Positions 51,334-60,956 of a DNA stretch of 64,000 nucleotides are shown here, piece after piece. The notes beneath the pieces were generated by a model. The model did not search any database. It was given only the letters and a program-made list of their open reading frames with translations, and had not been told where the DNA came from. The stretch is from an uncultured Gammaproteobacteria bacterium (lineage in GTDB: Bacteria; Patescibacteriota; Microgenomatia; UBA12405; JAHJSD01). The DNA lies in NCBI GenBank assembly GCA_964428655.1, contig CAYRYE010000002.1, positions 2,251 through 66,250 on the forward strand, in the 5' to 3' direction. The first letter of the stretch is position 1; each line of letters opens with the position of its first letter. The position numbers and the translations under genes were made by a program.

Positions 51334-51630
51334 CTATTTACTCTTAATTTCTAACTTTTTCCCATTCTTCTTTTTCTTTTTTGTTTTTTGGGAGTCTTTT
51401 TTCTTTTGCAGCTTTGTCCGAGAAACAGCGGCTACTTTTCGTTTTCTCTCAAATCGTTCAATTCTTCCCTCAGTATCGATATATTTGGCTTGTCCAGTGT
51501 AAAAAGGATGACAAGCGGCGCAAATCTCCACCTTAATTTCTGACACTGTCGAACCGGTAACAAATTTATTACCGCAAGCGCAAGTTACCTGACAATCATC
51601 ATAGTATTTCGGGTGAATGCCCTTTTTCAT
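51334..51630 (-). CDS. rpmE: 50S ribosomal protein L31 (Zn type, Lys-rich tail)
   Basis: [29 protein letters not shown]. Confidence 0.95.
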   Translation of the reverse strand: MKKGIHPKYYDDCQVTCACGNKFVTGSTVSEIKVEICAACHPFYTGQAKYIDTEGRIERFERKRKVAAVSRTKLQKKKDSQKTKKKKKNGKKLEIKSK

Positions 51631-51652
51631 AGCAAAACATTATACCATACGC

Positions 51653-52798
51653 CTATTTTCTCTCTTCCAACTTTGCCTTCACTGTTTCTTCTTTTCCATC
51701 ACGCCAATACCTGATTTCAATTTCATCACCGACTTTTTTTTGGTTAATGATCTTGGCCAAGCCCGATTCATCTTCTCCTAAATTTTTACCATCAAGACTA
51801 AGAATAATATCACCCTCTTTTAAGCCGGCCTTATCAGAAGAAGAACCCTCAACTACCCGACGGATATACGCTCCCTGAGGCACTTCATTTAAAATAGCCG
51901 CTTTTTTAGAAATCATTTGATACTCAACTCCTAAAAATGGCCTTTTAAACTCGCCAGTCTCCTTAAAAAGCTTTAAACTATCCTTAACAACATTCACGGG
52001 AATAGCAAAGCCAATATTCTCCGCTCCTCCGACTACGGCAACATTAATTCCAATCACTTGCCCCATAGAGTTCAAGAGCGGCCCGCCGGAATTGCCAGGA
52101 TTAATAGCGGCATCAGTTTGAATAACATTATCCAAACGCTCAACGTACCCTTCAAAAACCGAACCCGCAGTAATACCCCGACCCAGTCCAGAAATCACTC
52201 CTGAAGTTACAGTATGACGAAACTCACCCAAAGCAGTTCCAATAGCCACCACTAACTGCCCTACCTTTAAACCATCAGAACTACTAAGTTCCAATGGAAC
52301 TATTTCAGCATCTATCTTTAAAATCGCCAGATCATTGGCTGGATCACGATAAATTGCCTTAACCTCATGAATATTATCATCTTTATCAATCACTCTGTAT
52401 TTAGCCGAAGCATCAGAAACGACATGTTTATTAGTAACAATCAGACCTCCCTCAATGACAAAACCACTCCCAATATCCTGCTCTATCTTTCTCTCTCTGT
52501 CACTAAGGTTAAAAAGGCCAAAAGGGTCAAAATCAAAGAAGGGTATTTTTTCTGTTTTACTAATGGAAACCGTAACTGCCGAAGGAGCTGCTTTTTCGGC
52601 CACATCTATAATCACTGAATCTTCTCTTAATAGCTTTTGTTCAACATAACCGGGAGCGGGCTGGCTGACTCTAAGCGGGAGAAGCCGATCTAAAACACCC
52701 AACCAACCTAATCGCTCCATAATGCCGCCAGCAATAACAGAGCCCAAAAGAAAAACACCAAAGGCAAAACCGGTGAGAAAAAACTTCGCTTTTTTCAT
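51653..52798 (-). CDS. htrA: HtrA/DegP-type serine protease with one PDZ domain
   Basis: GSGF, TNKHVV, DLAILK, TDAAINPGNSGGPL. Confidence 0.95.
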   Translation of the reverse strand: MKKAKFFLTGFAFGVFLLGSVIAGGIMERLGWLGVLDRLLPLRVSQPAPGYVEQKLLREDSVIIDVAEKAAPSAVTVSISKTEKIPFFDFDPFGLFNLSDRERKIEQDIGSGFVIEGGLIVTNKHVVSDASAKYRVIDKDDNIHEVKAIYRDPANDLAILKIDAEIVPLELSSSDGLKVGQLVVAIGTALGEFRHTVTSGVISGLGRGITAGSVFEGYVERLDNVIQTDAAINPGNSGGPLLNSMGQVIGINVAVVGGAENIGFAIPVNVVKDSLKLFKETGEFKRPFLGVEYQMISKKAAILNEVPQGAYIRRVVEGSSSDKAGLKEGDIILSLDGKNLGEDESGLAKIINQKKVGDEIEIRYWRDGKEETVKAKLEERK

Positions 52799-52828
52799 AA
52801 ATTTCTAATTTCTATTAGAATTTAGGAT

Positions 52829-54043
52829 TTATTTTAAAAGTGTATCTATTCCTCTTTCTAAAATCAAATCGTTTTCTTGATTGGAGTCAACAGTATTAAG
52901 ATCAACTTTGATGGTTGGTTCTATGCCGTCTTTATGGATCGATCTCCCATTAGGCAACAGCCACTTGGCAATAGTAATATGCAGCCCTGCCCCGCCAGGC
53001 AGCTCTTCTGGTTCCTGGATTGTCCCTTTTCCAAAAGTCTTTGTTCCCACCACCTCCGCTTTTTGATAATCGTCCAAAGCGCCAGCAAGAATCTCCGCCG
53101 CTGAAGCCGAACCATTATTAACCAAAACCACTAAAGGAACATCAAGCAGCCTGCCCTGCCGATCAACAACAAATTTGGTTCTCTTCTTCTCTCGATCTTC
53201 CTGCCAAACAATTACTTTTCCCCTTGGTAAAAATTCACCGGCGACAAAAACAGCCCCCTGTAGGTAACCACCAGGATTATTACGAAGATCTAAAATTACT
53301 CCCCCGAAATCAGACTGATTCTTGACCTGTTCTATGCTGACTGCCCACTTGAGCCAATCTTGGTTCATCTGTTCTGTGAATTGAAGCAAATGCACATAAG
53401 CAAAGCGTTCCCCATTTTTCTCTTCCCAATGAGACTCCAGCGCAGGAACAGAAATCCTCCCCCTGGCAATATTCGAATCAAATGGTTTATCTACCTCTTT
53501 ACGCATTAAAGTTAAAGTAACTATTGTTCCTTCTTTGCCTCGGATTATCTTAACCGCTTCCGGTAAAGAGATATCGCTGGTAGAGCGGTCTATTTTCTTC
53601 CCATCGTCTTTAATTTTTAGAATCAAATCACCGGCTTTAATGCCCGCTTTTTCTGCCGGTGTTCCCTTCAACGGCGATATTACAGCCAACACCTCGTCCT
53701 TGTATCCCAACTGAATTCCCACCCCTCCAAATTTACCAGCAAGATCCTCTTTATTCATTTTATTATCGTCTGGCCGCAAGAAAACAGTATAAGGGTCGTC
53801 TAAAGAAGCCACCATGCCTGAAATAGCTCCCTCAATCATTTTCTGAGAATCAATATTTTCCCTATCCAGATATTTTGTTTCCAACCGATGCCAAACTAAC
53901 CAAAATAAAGAGAGGTCGGTACCTTCAACCGGGGAACCGATTCTGGTAACGCCAATCCTGTAACCAACAAAACCTACTCCTAGAAGCAAGATCAGAAAAA
54001 GAATAAACCGGCGAATTTTTTTAAGAGTCAATTTAACAATCAT
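52829..54043 (-). CDS. S41 carboxyl-terminal processing protease
   Basis: DPYT, GGVGI, DLRNNPGG, SASAAEI, TFGKG. Confidence 0.95.
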   Translation of the reverse strand: MIVKLTLKKIRRFILFLILLLGVGFVGYRIGVTRIGSPVEGTDLSLFWLVWHRLETKYLDRENIDSQKMIEGAISGMVASLDDPYTVFLRPDDNKMNKEDLAGKFGGVGIQLGYKDEVLAVISPLKGTPAEKAGIKAGDLILKIKDDGKKIDRSTSDISLPEAVKIIRGKEGTIVTLTLMRKEVDKPFDSNIARGRISVPALESHWEEKNGERFAYVHLLQFTEQMNQDWLKWAVSIEQVKNQSDFGGVILDLRNNPGGYLQGAVFVAGEFLPRGKVIVWQEDREKKRTKFVVDRQGRLLDVPLVVLVNNGSASAAEILAGALDDYQKAEVVGTKTFGKGTIQEPEELPGGAGLHITIAKWLLPNGRSIHKDGIEPTIKVDLNTVDSNQENDLILERGIDTLLK

Positions 54044-54051
54044 CTATTGGG

Positions 54052-54564
54052 TTATTTAGGCACTAAAAGATAACCATTAGCCACATCAAGCAAACACTTT
54101 ACTCCCTGACCTTTCTCGATAACAAGCTTGATCCCCCCATCATCACTAACAATTAAAATTGGCAAAGTATCATCTTTGCTTAATTCCTTTTCGTAAATAC
54201 AACAAATAATCCCTCCAATTTCAAGAGTGGCTGCTTTACTAACAAAAAGAGGACTTGCTTTGTTAACAAAGACAATTCTATCTTTATAAGAGACGTCTAA
54301 ATCAAGAAAGCTTATTTCAGGCACGAAACTCAATTCTCCCCATTTATGTCTGTTTCCCAAACCAGTGCCTTTCACTCTCCACGCCTTAAAGCATAGCTCT
54401 ATTTTATTTTTACTGATCCCAGTTATTTTACCCTTAGTGGGAGATTGAAAAACCTCTCCCTTCCTACCCCTGGCTAACTCATCACCACAAGAAACCCTAT
54501 CACCTTCGCTAACTAGAACTTTAGTTTTTTTGGGCAAATGAAGCACCCACAGGGCTTTTAACAT
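54052..54564 (-). CDS. hypothetical protein with N-terminal barrel-sandwich (lipoyl-like) motif
   Basis: VLVSEGDRVSCGDELA...SPTKGKI. Confidence 0.65.
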   Translation of the reverse strand: MLKALWVLHLPKKTKVLVSEGDRVSCGDELARGRKGEVFQSPTKGKITGISKNKIELCFKAWRVKGTGLGNRHKWGELSFVPEISFLDLDVSYKDRIVFVNKASPLFVSKAATLEIGGIICCIYEKELSKDDTLPILIVSDDGGIKLVIEKGQGVKCLLDVANGYLLVPK

Positions 54565-54568
54565 AAAA

Positions 54569-54823
54569 CTAACGATTTATTCGGGTAACAAAAGGAAGCA
54601 ATCCCAAATGTCGAGCCTGCTTAATCACCTCGCTTAAACAACGTTGATGCTTGGCGCAAACTCCAGTCCTCGCTCTCGGCAAAATTCTTGATCTTGGTGA
54701 GAGGTGTTTTGACAATAATTCACAATCGCGCCAATAAGGATTCACTTTGGATTTACAAAAATAACAATCCTTCCTAACTGGCCTTGGTTTGATCCTTTTA
54801 CTCTTCCTCTTAATTCTCACCAT
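54569..54823 (-). CDS. rpsR: 30S ribosomal protein S18
   Basis: CYFC, RILPRARTGVCAKHQR, ARHLGLLPF. Confidence 0.95.
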   Translation of the reverse strand: MVRIKRKSKRIKPRPVRKDCYFCKSKVNPYWRDCELLSKHLSPRSRILPRARTGVCAKHQRCLSEVIKQARHLGLLPFVTRINR

Positions 54824-54839
54824 ATTAGTCCTTTAACCT

Positions 54840-55397
54840 TTAAAAAGGAATATCACTGGATTCTTTCTTCCCTGCTCCATCTTTTTTAACCTCATTATCA
54901 TCAACACCTGTTTCAACCTCGGCATTCTCCGCTCCCCCTTCGTCCACTTTTTCCTCGGCTGTTCCCTCAATTTGATCACCAACTCCTTCATCATCCATTT
55001 GATCACTAACGCCGTCATCGCCTGCGGCGGCGATTGGTTGACCAGTAGTAGATGATGATCGATTGATTTCTAAAAGGACCATATCGCTAATTACTATTTC
55101 TGTAGTCTGGCGCTTGAGATTATCTGTCCCTGTCCATTCACGATACTGCAATCTGCCCTCAACATAAACTTTGGCACCTTTAGTCAATAGTTGGGAGCAA
55201 ATCTCGGCCAACTGACTCCAGGCTACAACGCGGTGGAACTGAGCTTCGTCCTTTTTCTCTCCATCTTGAGTAGTCCAACGACGATTGGTGGCAACACCAA
55301 AGCTGCAAACAGCCACTCCGCTGGGAGTATAACGCAACTCAGGATCACGAGTTAAATTACCAATTAACATCGCCTTATTAAGACAGCGGGCTGACAT
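54840..55397 (-). CDS. ssb: single-stranded DNA-binding protein
   Basis: LNKAMLIGNLTRDPELRYTPSG; acidic tail ending DIPF. Confidence 0.97.
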   Translation of the reverse strand: MSARCLNKAMLIGNLTRDPELRYTPSGVAVCSFGVATNRRWTTQDGEKKDEAQFHRVVAWSQLAEICSQLLTKGAKVYVEGRLQYREWTGTDNLKRQTTEIVISDMVLLEINRSSSTTGQPIAAAGDDGVSDQMDDEGVGDQIEGTAEEKVDEGGAENAEVETGVDDNEVKKDGAGKKESSDIPF

Positions 55398-55398
55398 T

Positions 55399-55698
55399 CT
55401 ACCTCCTTCTCTTTCTCTCTCTCAAAAACAAATAACGAATAATTTCTGGCTCTCTGTTTAAAAAAATATTAATAGAAGAAAAACTAACTTTATCTTTTAA
55501 AATAAGCCGCCAAACCCAAAAAGAAGCCTGGGTCTCTTTATTAATAGGAAAAGCCAAATCTTTCTTTCCCAAATTCTCTTCCTTTTCTATTTTTCCCTTA
55601 GCTTTTTTTATTTCTTCCCGCAAAGCTAAGAAAATTTTCTCCAATTTACTTTTCTTTAATCCAGAGCGAGTCAAAAAAACAAACTCATACTTCTTCAT
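55399..55698 (-). CDS. rpsF: 30S ribosomal protein S6
   Basis: MKKYE, GKKDLAFPI, IIRYL; rpsF-ssb-rpsR gene order. Confidence 0.9.
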   Translation of the reverse strand: MKKYEFVFLTRSGLKKSKLEKIFLALREEIKKAKGKIEKEENLGKKDLAFPINKETQASFWVWRLILKDKVSFSSINIFLNREPEIIRYLFLRERKRRR

Positions 55699-55762
55699 CC
55701 AAAATACCCATCTGTAAACTCTGTAAACATCAGATAATTATACTGATTAAACTATGTCTTCG

Positions 55763-57163
55763 TCAAGAGAGAAGGTCACGAGGAACAACCATTGTTCCTC
55801 CACTGGGGTTAGACCTAAGATCAAAGCCCATTTTTCCAGCCTTTTCCCTTAATTTATCAGACTCACTATATTTCCCTTTTTTTCTTAACTCTTCGTGTTC
55901 TTTTCTTAAATTTTCTATCTCTTCTGGAATGGCTATTTTTTGGGGAACATTTTCAGCGATATTGAATCCGAGAATCTGATCTAAGTCAACCAGAAGTACC
56001 TTTTTCTCTTTTTCTATAAGGCCAGGAGATTTTACAATATCCCAAACTACCGCCATCGCCTTTGGCCAATTAAGATCATCTGACAAAACACTAATAAACT
56101 TGCTCTTCCAGCTTTCGACCTTCTCACTATCTTTTTTTCCCTCCTCAGACCAATAAGCAAAAGCCGTATAGAGATTATTCAAGGCTTTCTCTGCCCCATC
56201 TAAAGCTTCCCAGCTGAAATCTAAACCTTTACGATAATGGGAGGTTAAAACCAGATACCTAAAAACCAAGGGGCTATAACCTTTTTCTTTTAAATCGCTT
56301 ATTGTTATAAACTTGCCCTCACTCTTACTCATCTTCTTTTCTTTAACCACCAACCAGGCATTATGAATCCAAAAATTAGCTATCTGGCCTCCAAAAGCGC
56401 CAAATCCCTGTGCAATCTCGTTGGTATGATGAACCGGAATATGTTCTAAACCACCAGTATGGATGTCGAACTTTTTTCCCAAATAATGAGTCGACATAGC
56501 AGTACACTCAATATGCCAACCGGGAAAGCCCTTTCCCCAAGAACTATCCCATTGCATTACATGATCGGGTTGATTAGTAACCCAAAGTAAAAAATCCCAA
56601 GGTTTCTTTTTTTCCGGATCAATTTCCACCCTGATTCCGGCAGCTTGTTTCTTTAAATTCAAACGAGCAAATTCAGCATAACCAGAAAATTTAGAAGTAT
56701 CAAAAACAATCCCTGTCTTAGTTTTATAAGTGAAACCTCTCTTCTCCATCTTTTTAATTAAAGCTATTTGTTGATCAATGTGTTCTGTCGCCCGACAAAG
56801 AACGTCTGGCCGAGTAATGTTAAGAAGTTTCAAACTTTGCAAAAATTGCTGGAGATACCTCTCGGCAACTTCCCAAACTGTTAACCCCTCTCTCTTGGCT
56901 CCTTTTTCCATTTTATCTTCGCCAGCGTCCTCATCTGAAGTCATATGGCCAACATCAGTAATATTCATTACCCATTTAACTTTATAGCCCAAATATTTTA
57001 AAAATCTAGTTAGGGAGTCCCATTGAGTATAGGCATACATATGGCCAATATGCTGATTCCAATAAACTGTTGGTCCGCAAGAATAAATACCCACAAGTCC
57101 TGGCTTAATAGGCTTAAATTCTTCAATCCGCCTGGTTAAAGTATTGTAAAGCTTTAGTCTCAT
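55763..57163 (-). CDS. cysS: cysteinyl-tRNA synthetase
   Basis: YSCGPTVY..QHIGH, PGWHIEC, HHTNEIAQ, KMSKS. Confidence 0.97.
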   Translation of the reverse strand: MRLKLYNTLTRRIEEFKPIKPGLVGIYSCGPTVYWNQHIGHMYAYTQWDSLTRFLKYLGYKVKWVMNITDVGHMTSDEDAGEDKMEKGAKREGLTVWEVAERYLQQFLQSLKLLNITRPDVLCRATEHIDQQIALIKKMEKRGFTYKTKTGIVFDTSKFSGYAEFARLNLKKQAAGIRVEIDPEKKKPWDFLLWVTNQPDHVMQWDSSWGKGFPGWHIECTAMSTHYLGKKFDIHTGGLEHIPVHHTNEIAQGFGAFGGQIANFWIHNAWLVVKEKKMSKSEGKFITISDLKEKGYSPLVFRYLVLTSHYRKGLDFSWEALDGAEKALNNLYTAFAYWSEEGKKDSEKVESWKSKFISVLSDDLNWPKAMAVVWDIVKSPGLIEKEKKVLLVDLDQILGFNIAENVPQKIAIPEEIENLRKEHEELRKKGKYSESDKLREKAGKMGFDLRSNPSGGTMVVPRDLLS

Positions 57164-57175
57164 ATGGATAAATAA

Positions 57176-57712
57176 TTAATGTTTTGCGCCTCTACCTGTT
57201 TCCGCCTTTGTCTGTTTTTGCCGAATAGCAAAAGCAGATCCTTTTTTAGACTTCCTTCCAGTTGCTTGTAAAACGGCAGCGTCTTCTTGGACTGCCTTCT
57301 CCTCCTCTTCTCTTTGTTTAGCTATCTTTGCCAAAAGCTCTTCCTCATCCTTCTTTTTTTCCTTTTCCTGTTTTTCTTCTCTCACCTCTTTAATTTCTTT
57401 TTCTACATCCCGTTTGGGACCACTGGGTTTGGCCGCCTGGGGAGGTTCATCACCCTTGTTCATTTGTTCTCTCAACTGAGTTACTTCTTCTCTGGTTCTT
57501 AACTCCTCCGTCCTGACTAGTCGGTCAAAATCACTCACCCCTGTCTGGTCTTGCTGTTTAGACTGTCCACTACCGGAACTGCCACCGGCAACTATCTCTC
57601 CAACGGTATCCCCGGCCACCTTGGTTGTCTGCTTCACTGCCTCAAAAACTGTTCCCTTGGCAACATCAGCCAAGCCCTTAGCAGCCTGAGGAATAATTCT
57701 TTTAGAGTTCAT
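57176..57712 (-). CDS. charged coiled-coil hypothetical protein
   Basis: 178-aa Glu/Lys-rich ORF in operon. Confidence 0.7.
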   Translation of the reverse strand: MNSKRIIPQAAKGLADVAKGTVFEAVKQTTKVAGDTVGEIVAGGSSGSGQSKQQDQTGVSDFDRLVRTEELRTREEVTQLREQMNKGDEPPQAAKPSGPKRDVEKEIKEVREEKQEKEKKKDEEELLAKIAKQREEEEKAVQEDAAVLQATGRKSKKGSAFAIRQKQTKAETGRGAKH

Positions 57713-57987
57713 TACATCCCTGGTAAACCAAAATCGCCACCCATGCCACGCAGCTTTTGGGCTGCTAATTTTTGTGACTTTTTAATTGCCTTATTTAAAG
57801 CATTAAGCAAGGCTTTATTTGTTTCGCCGGCGATAATTACTTCTTTGAACTTCTGATCTCCGCCAATCACAACTTTTATATTCCCCTCTTCAACAGTTAT
57901 TTCCTCAACCGCCAGAACTTTTTTTAAAGCCACTGCCTGATCACGCAGCTTCTTTAATTTTCCCAACTGTTTAAATTTATCAAGCAT
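57712..57987 (-). CDS. ybaB: YbaB/EbfC nucleoid-associated protein
   Basis: Follows dnaX; size and ...IKVVIGGDQ...ALNKAI...GLPGM pattern; GGAGG RBS. Confidence 0.85.
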   Translation of the reverse strand: MLDKFKQLGKLKKLRDQAVALKKVLAVEEITVEEGNIKVVIGGDQKFKEVIIAGETNKALLNALNKAIKKSQKLAAQKLRGMGGDFGLPGM

Positions 57988-58001
57988 GAAACCTCCTTAT
58001 T

Positions 58002-59585
58002 TTAACTTCCAAATATTTCCTTGGCAATCTCATACAAATCACCATTCTTGTTCTGCTGGCTGTTTTCACTCTCTGTTTGGTTATCAATTTTAATCTCTTC
58101 CGGCTTATTTTCACTTCTCACAACCTTGTTTTCTCCCAAAACACACCTCATTTTAAGCCCTGGACAATAGATCTCCCCTAAACATTTCTCAACTATTTCT
58201 CTGTTTCTATTCTCTTCCAGTTTATCTTTGTGAAATTGATAAAAGACTTCCAGGGTGACCGTTTCTCCATCAAAAGCTTTTGGCCGAGTAGCTCTTAAAA
58301 AAGCAGCGACAGAGTGATTCATCGGTTTGATTGCCTCCAAAACTTCTCTCCACCGCTTTTCAATTTCCCCCAGTTCCTTCAGTTTTTTTTCTGTTCCAGT
58401 GCCAAGGGACTCTTCCGAGTCGGAAGAGGACGTTCCTGGATTGTCTAAAGATTCGTCAGGACTTTTCCGATCCCGGGCCTGCCCGCCATCGCTGTGCTCA
58501 GGCACTTGCAAGCGGGTCGTCTGCGTCCTTGTGCCGGATTTGACAAAATCTATCATTGCCAACTGGAATGGCAATTGAGGTAAAACTGTTGTTTTTTGCT
58601 CTACTAAAGCTCGGGAAAACAATCTAGAAAGTTTTACCAGCTCCCCTATCTCGAAAAGTTTAATCAGTTCAGTCAACTCAACGCTCCCTTTATCAACTTT
58701 CACCTTCAGCAAAATCAACTTCTGAATCAAATTGAGAAGAGCATTGAAATAATTACTGAAATCAGTTCCATCTTTAGCTAATGTCTCAGAAATTTCCAAA
58801 GCATCTTTCAATTTTTTTTCTCCCAACAGTCTCAAAATCTTTTCTGGTTTTTGACTCTGCCAATAACCAAGAGATATTTTGGCATCCTTCCATTTTATCT
58901 TTTTACCAAAAGATAAAACCAAACTTTCCAGTATTTTCTGGGCATCACGAAAACTACCATCAGCTAGCTGGACAATGGAATCAATTATTTTTTTATCAAT
59001 AGTCAACTTTTCTCCCTTAATTACCTTGTTTAAACAACAATTAACTTCACTCGGATTTCCTTTGTGGAAATTAATTCTTAATAACCTTGAGAGAACTGTG
59101 GGAATAATTTTTTCTGGATTGGTAGTACAGAGAACAAAAACAACATGGAGCGGCGGTTCTTCCAAGGTTTTCAATAAGGCATTAAACGCCTCTCTTGTCA
59201 ACATATGAACTTCATCAATGATGTATACTTTGTATTTTGTTTTAATTGGAGCCAAACCAACTCTTTCTTTAAGTTGACGGATGTCGTCAATACCTCTGTT
59301 GGAAGCGGCATCAATTTCCAAAATATCCAAACTGATTCCCTTGATAATCTCCTGGCAAATATCGCATCGGTTGCAAGACTCAACTCTAATACGTGAAACA
59401 CTATCGGGACAATTAATTACTTTAGCTAAAATCCGAGCCGCTGAAGTTTTCCCAACTCCTTTCGGACCTGCAAAAAGAAAAGCGTGAGGAATCTTTTTTT
59501 GTTTTAATATTTTTTTTAGCTGATTCCTAACACCCTGCAAATCCAATTCTTCAATGGTTTGAGGACGATACTTTAAAAAATACAT
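58002..59585 (-). CDS. dnaX: DNA polymerase III gamma/tau subunit
   Basis: KYRPQ, GPKGVGKT, EIDAASNRG, IIDEVHML, NALLKTLEEPP; start placed at ATG 59585. Confidence 0.95.
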   Translation of the reverse strand: MYFLKYRPQTIEELDLQGVRNQLKKILKQKKIPHAFLFAGPKGVGKTSAARILAKVINCPDSVSRIRVESCNRCDICQEIIKGISLDILEIDAASNRGIDDIRQLKERVGLAPIKTKYKVYIIDEVHMLTREAFNALLKTLEEPPLHVVFVLCTTNPEKIIPTVLSRLLRINFHKGNPSEVNCCLNKVIKGEKLTIDKKIIDSIVQLADGSFRDAQKILESLVLSFGKKIKWKDAKISLGYWQSQKPEKILRLLGEKKLKDALEISETLAKDGTDFSNYFNALLNLIQKLILLKVKVDKGSVELTELIKLFEIGELVKLSRLFSRALVEQKTTVLPQLPFQLAMIDFVKSGTRTQTTRLQVPEHSDGGQARDRKSPDESLDNPGTSSSDSEESLGTGTEKKLKELGEIEKRWREVLEAIKPMNHSVAAFLRATRPKAFDGETVTLEVFYQFHKDKLEENRNREIVEKCLGEIYCPGLKMRCVLGENKVVRSENKPEEIKIDNQTESENSQQNKNGDLYEIAKEIFGS

Positions 59586-59636
59586 TAGAATAAAATTCAA
59601 AACATAAACGACCAAAATACAAAAAAAGTTTAAATA

Positions 59637-59691
59637 TTTGAATTTTGGATTTAGATATTGTTTAGGATTTAGAAATTAGGATTTAGGATTT
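59637..59691. repeat. degenerate heptamer tract (GGATTTA-like)
   Basis: ggatttagatattgtttaggatttagaaattaggatttaggattt; a similar tract lies at 52799-52830. Confidence 0.6.
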
Positions 59692-60057
59692 AACTATATT
59701 TCTAATTCCGTGTTCCAATAACTCCTCAATTATTTCGTTTACCATCCTTTTTCTCTTCATGGCTTGGTTACGAGCAAGCGGGAAACAAACTACCACATCA
59801 CCAAGATGTAAAAAACCATCTGGCTCCTTGTCATGCATGGGAAAAGCAAGAACTTCAGGAACATAGTTCACTTTTCGATAATCTATATTTAATTGCTCAG
59901 CCTTTCTTTTACCAACAAAGTTAAGGCTAAGTTTTACCTTATCTTTCAAACTAAATTTCCGAAGAATCTTTTGGGTCATTCGACGAATTTCACCAATATC
60001 CAATGGGTAACGCGGATCCTTCTTGATCAAAATCTTTACCTTGCTATTTCCTTTCAT
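59683..60057 (-). CDS. ybeY: rRNA maturation RNase YbeY, C-terminally shortened
   Basis: LNIDYR, VLAFP, LGDVVVC; ends LEHGIRNIVKS with only one of the three metal-ligand His. Confidence 0.8.
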   Translation of the reverse strand: MKGNSKVKILIKKDPRYPLDIGEIRRMTQKILRKFSLKDKVKLSLNFVGKRKAEQLNIDYRKVNYVPEVLAFPMHDKEPDGFLHLGDVVVCFPLARNQAMKRKRMVNEIIEELLEHGIRNIVKS

Positions 60058-60064
60058 TTCTCAT

Positions 60065-60253
60065 TTAGCCACTGCTTTTCTTTCTTAATTTTTCCTTTGC
60101 CTTTTTCTCCTCGTATCTCTTTCTGGCCCCTTTAACATACTCTATTCGGCTTTTAATTTCGTCAATAATTTCCTCCTCAATAAAAAGCCGGCGAAACCGA
60201 CCAATCAAATCATCTTTAGTCTCCCCTTTTTGTTTTTTAACAACAATCGGCAT
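60065..60253 (-). CDS. rpsU: 30S ribosomal protein S21
   Basis: 62 aa basic; GET.DDLI.RFRR...EIK.R.EY.K; GGAGG RBS. Confidence 0.8.
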   Translation of the reverse strand: MPIVVKKQKGETKDDLIGRFRRLFIEEEIIDEIKSRIEYVKGARKRYEEKKAKEKLRKKSSG

Positions 60254-60339
60254 TTAAAAAAACACCTCCCTCCCATTAAAAACAGTTTAACAAAGAAATA
60301 ATAGAGAGACAATAATCAATTATTGAAGATTTGCCCTAG

Positions 60340-60954
60340 TCACTCATTGTCATTCAGACACTTGATCCAGTCTTTAGTATTGACAAGTCCATTACTATCA
60401 AGGTCATACTTGGCGTCTTTAGTTCCAAACTTCTCTTTGAATTCTGATATTGTACATTGAGTCACTTTTCCCCCCGCTGACGCCGTCGGCGCGGCAGCAA
60501 CCGAAGTTGGTGTGGCTACAACCACCGTCGGCGCAGCAACAACTGAAGTCGGAGTCACCACACCCGCTTCCCCAGTAGCACTCTTAGTTTTGAAAGAATA
60601 GGGAATACCATTGTTGTCATAAATTGTCTCCCCTACTCTAACCCGAAAATAATAAGTTGTACTTTCTTTCAAAGGAGAAAGAACAACTCGATGAACCGTG
60701 CTTGGCTGAGTTTCCAACGCCCGAAGCAAAAGACTAGCCGGAGTTGTTCCATATTCAACTACTCCTTGGGACTCTTTCTCCGTCTGCCAAGAAATACTTG
60801 CTGACTTAACATCAGGTTGAGCGCGCACACTTTTAGGCTCGGTACCGGCGGCCGCTCCGCTCAGATAAGTTTTAGCGGCCCGCAAACCAACTACTGCCAA
60901 AACGCCGCTTAAGAGTAAAATCACAATAATGATAACTGTTTTTATGTTTTTCAT
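60340..60954 (-). CDS. surface protein: TM + fibronectin III + Pro/Thr linker + dockerin-like tail
   Basis: SASISWQT...VEYG...H.V.L..LK.STTYYFRV; YDLDSNGLVNTKD. Confidence 0.8.
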   Translation of the reverse strand: MKNIKTVIIIVILLLSGVLAVVGLRAAKTYLSGAAAGTEPKSVRAQPDVKSASISWQTEKESQGVVEYGTTPASLLLRALETQPSTVHRVVLSPLKESTTYYFRVRVGETIYDNNGIPYSFKTKSATGEAGVVTPTSVVAAPTVVVATPTSVAAAPTASAGGKVTQCTISEFKEKFGTKDAKYDLDSNGLVNTKDWIKCLNDNE

Positions 60955-60956
60955 TT

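Noticed and set aside
51317-51334. rpmE-prfA fusion by stop readthrough supplying the missing RF1 domain
   Set aside because: The 16-nt gap is out of frame, a second in-frame TAG follows, and L31 does not resemble RF1 domain 1
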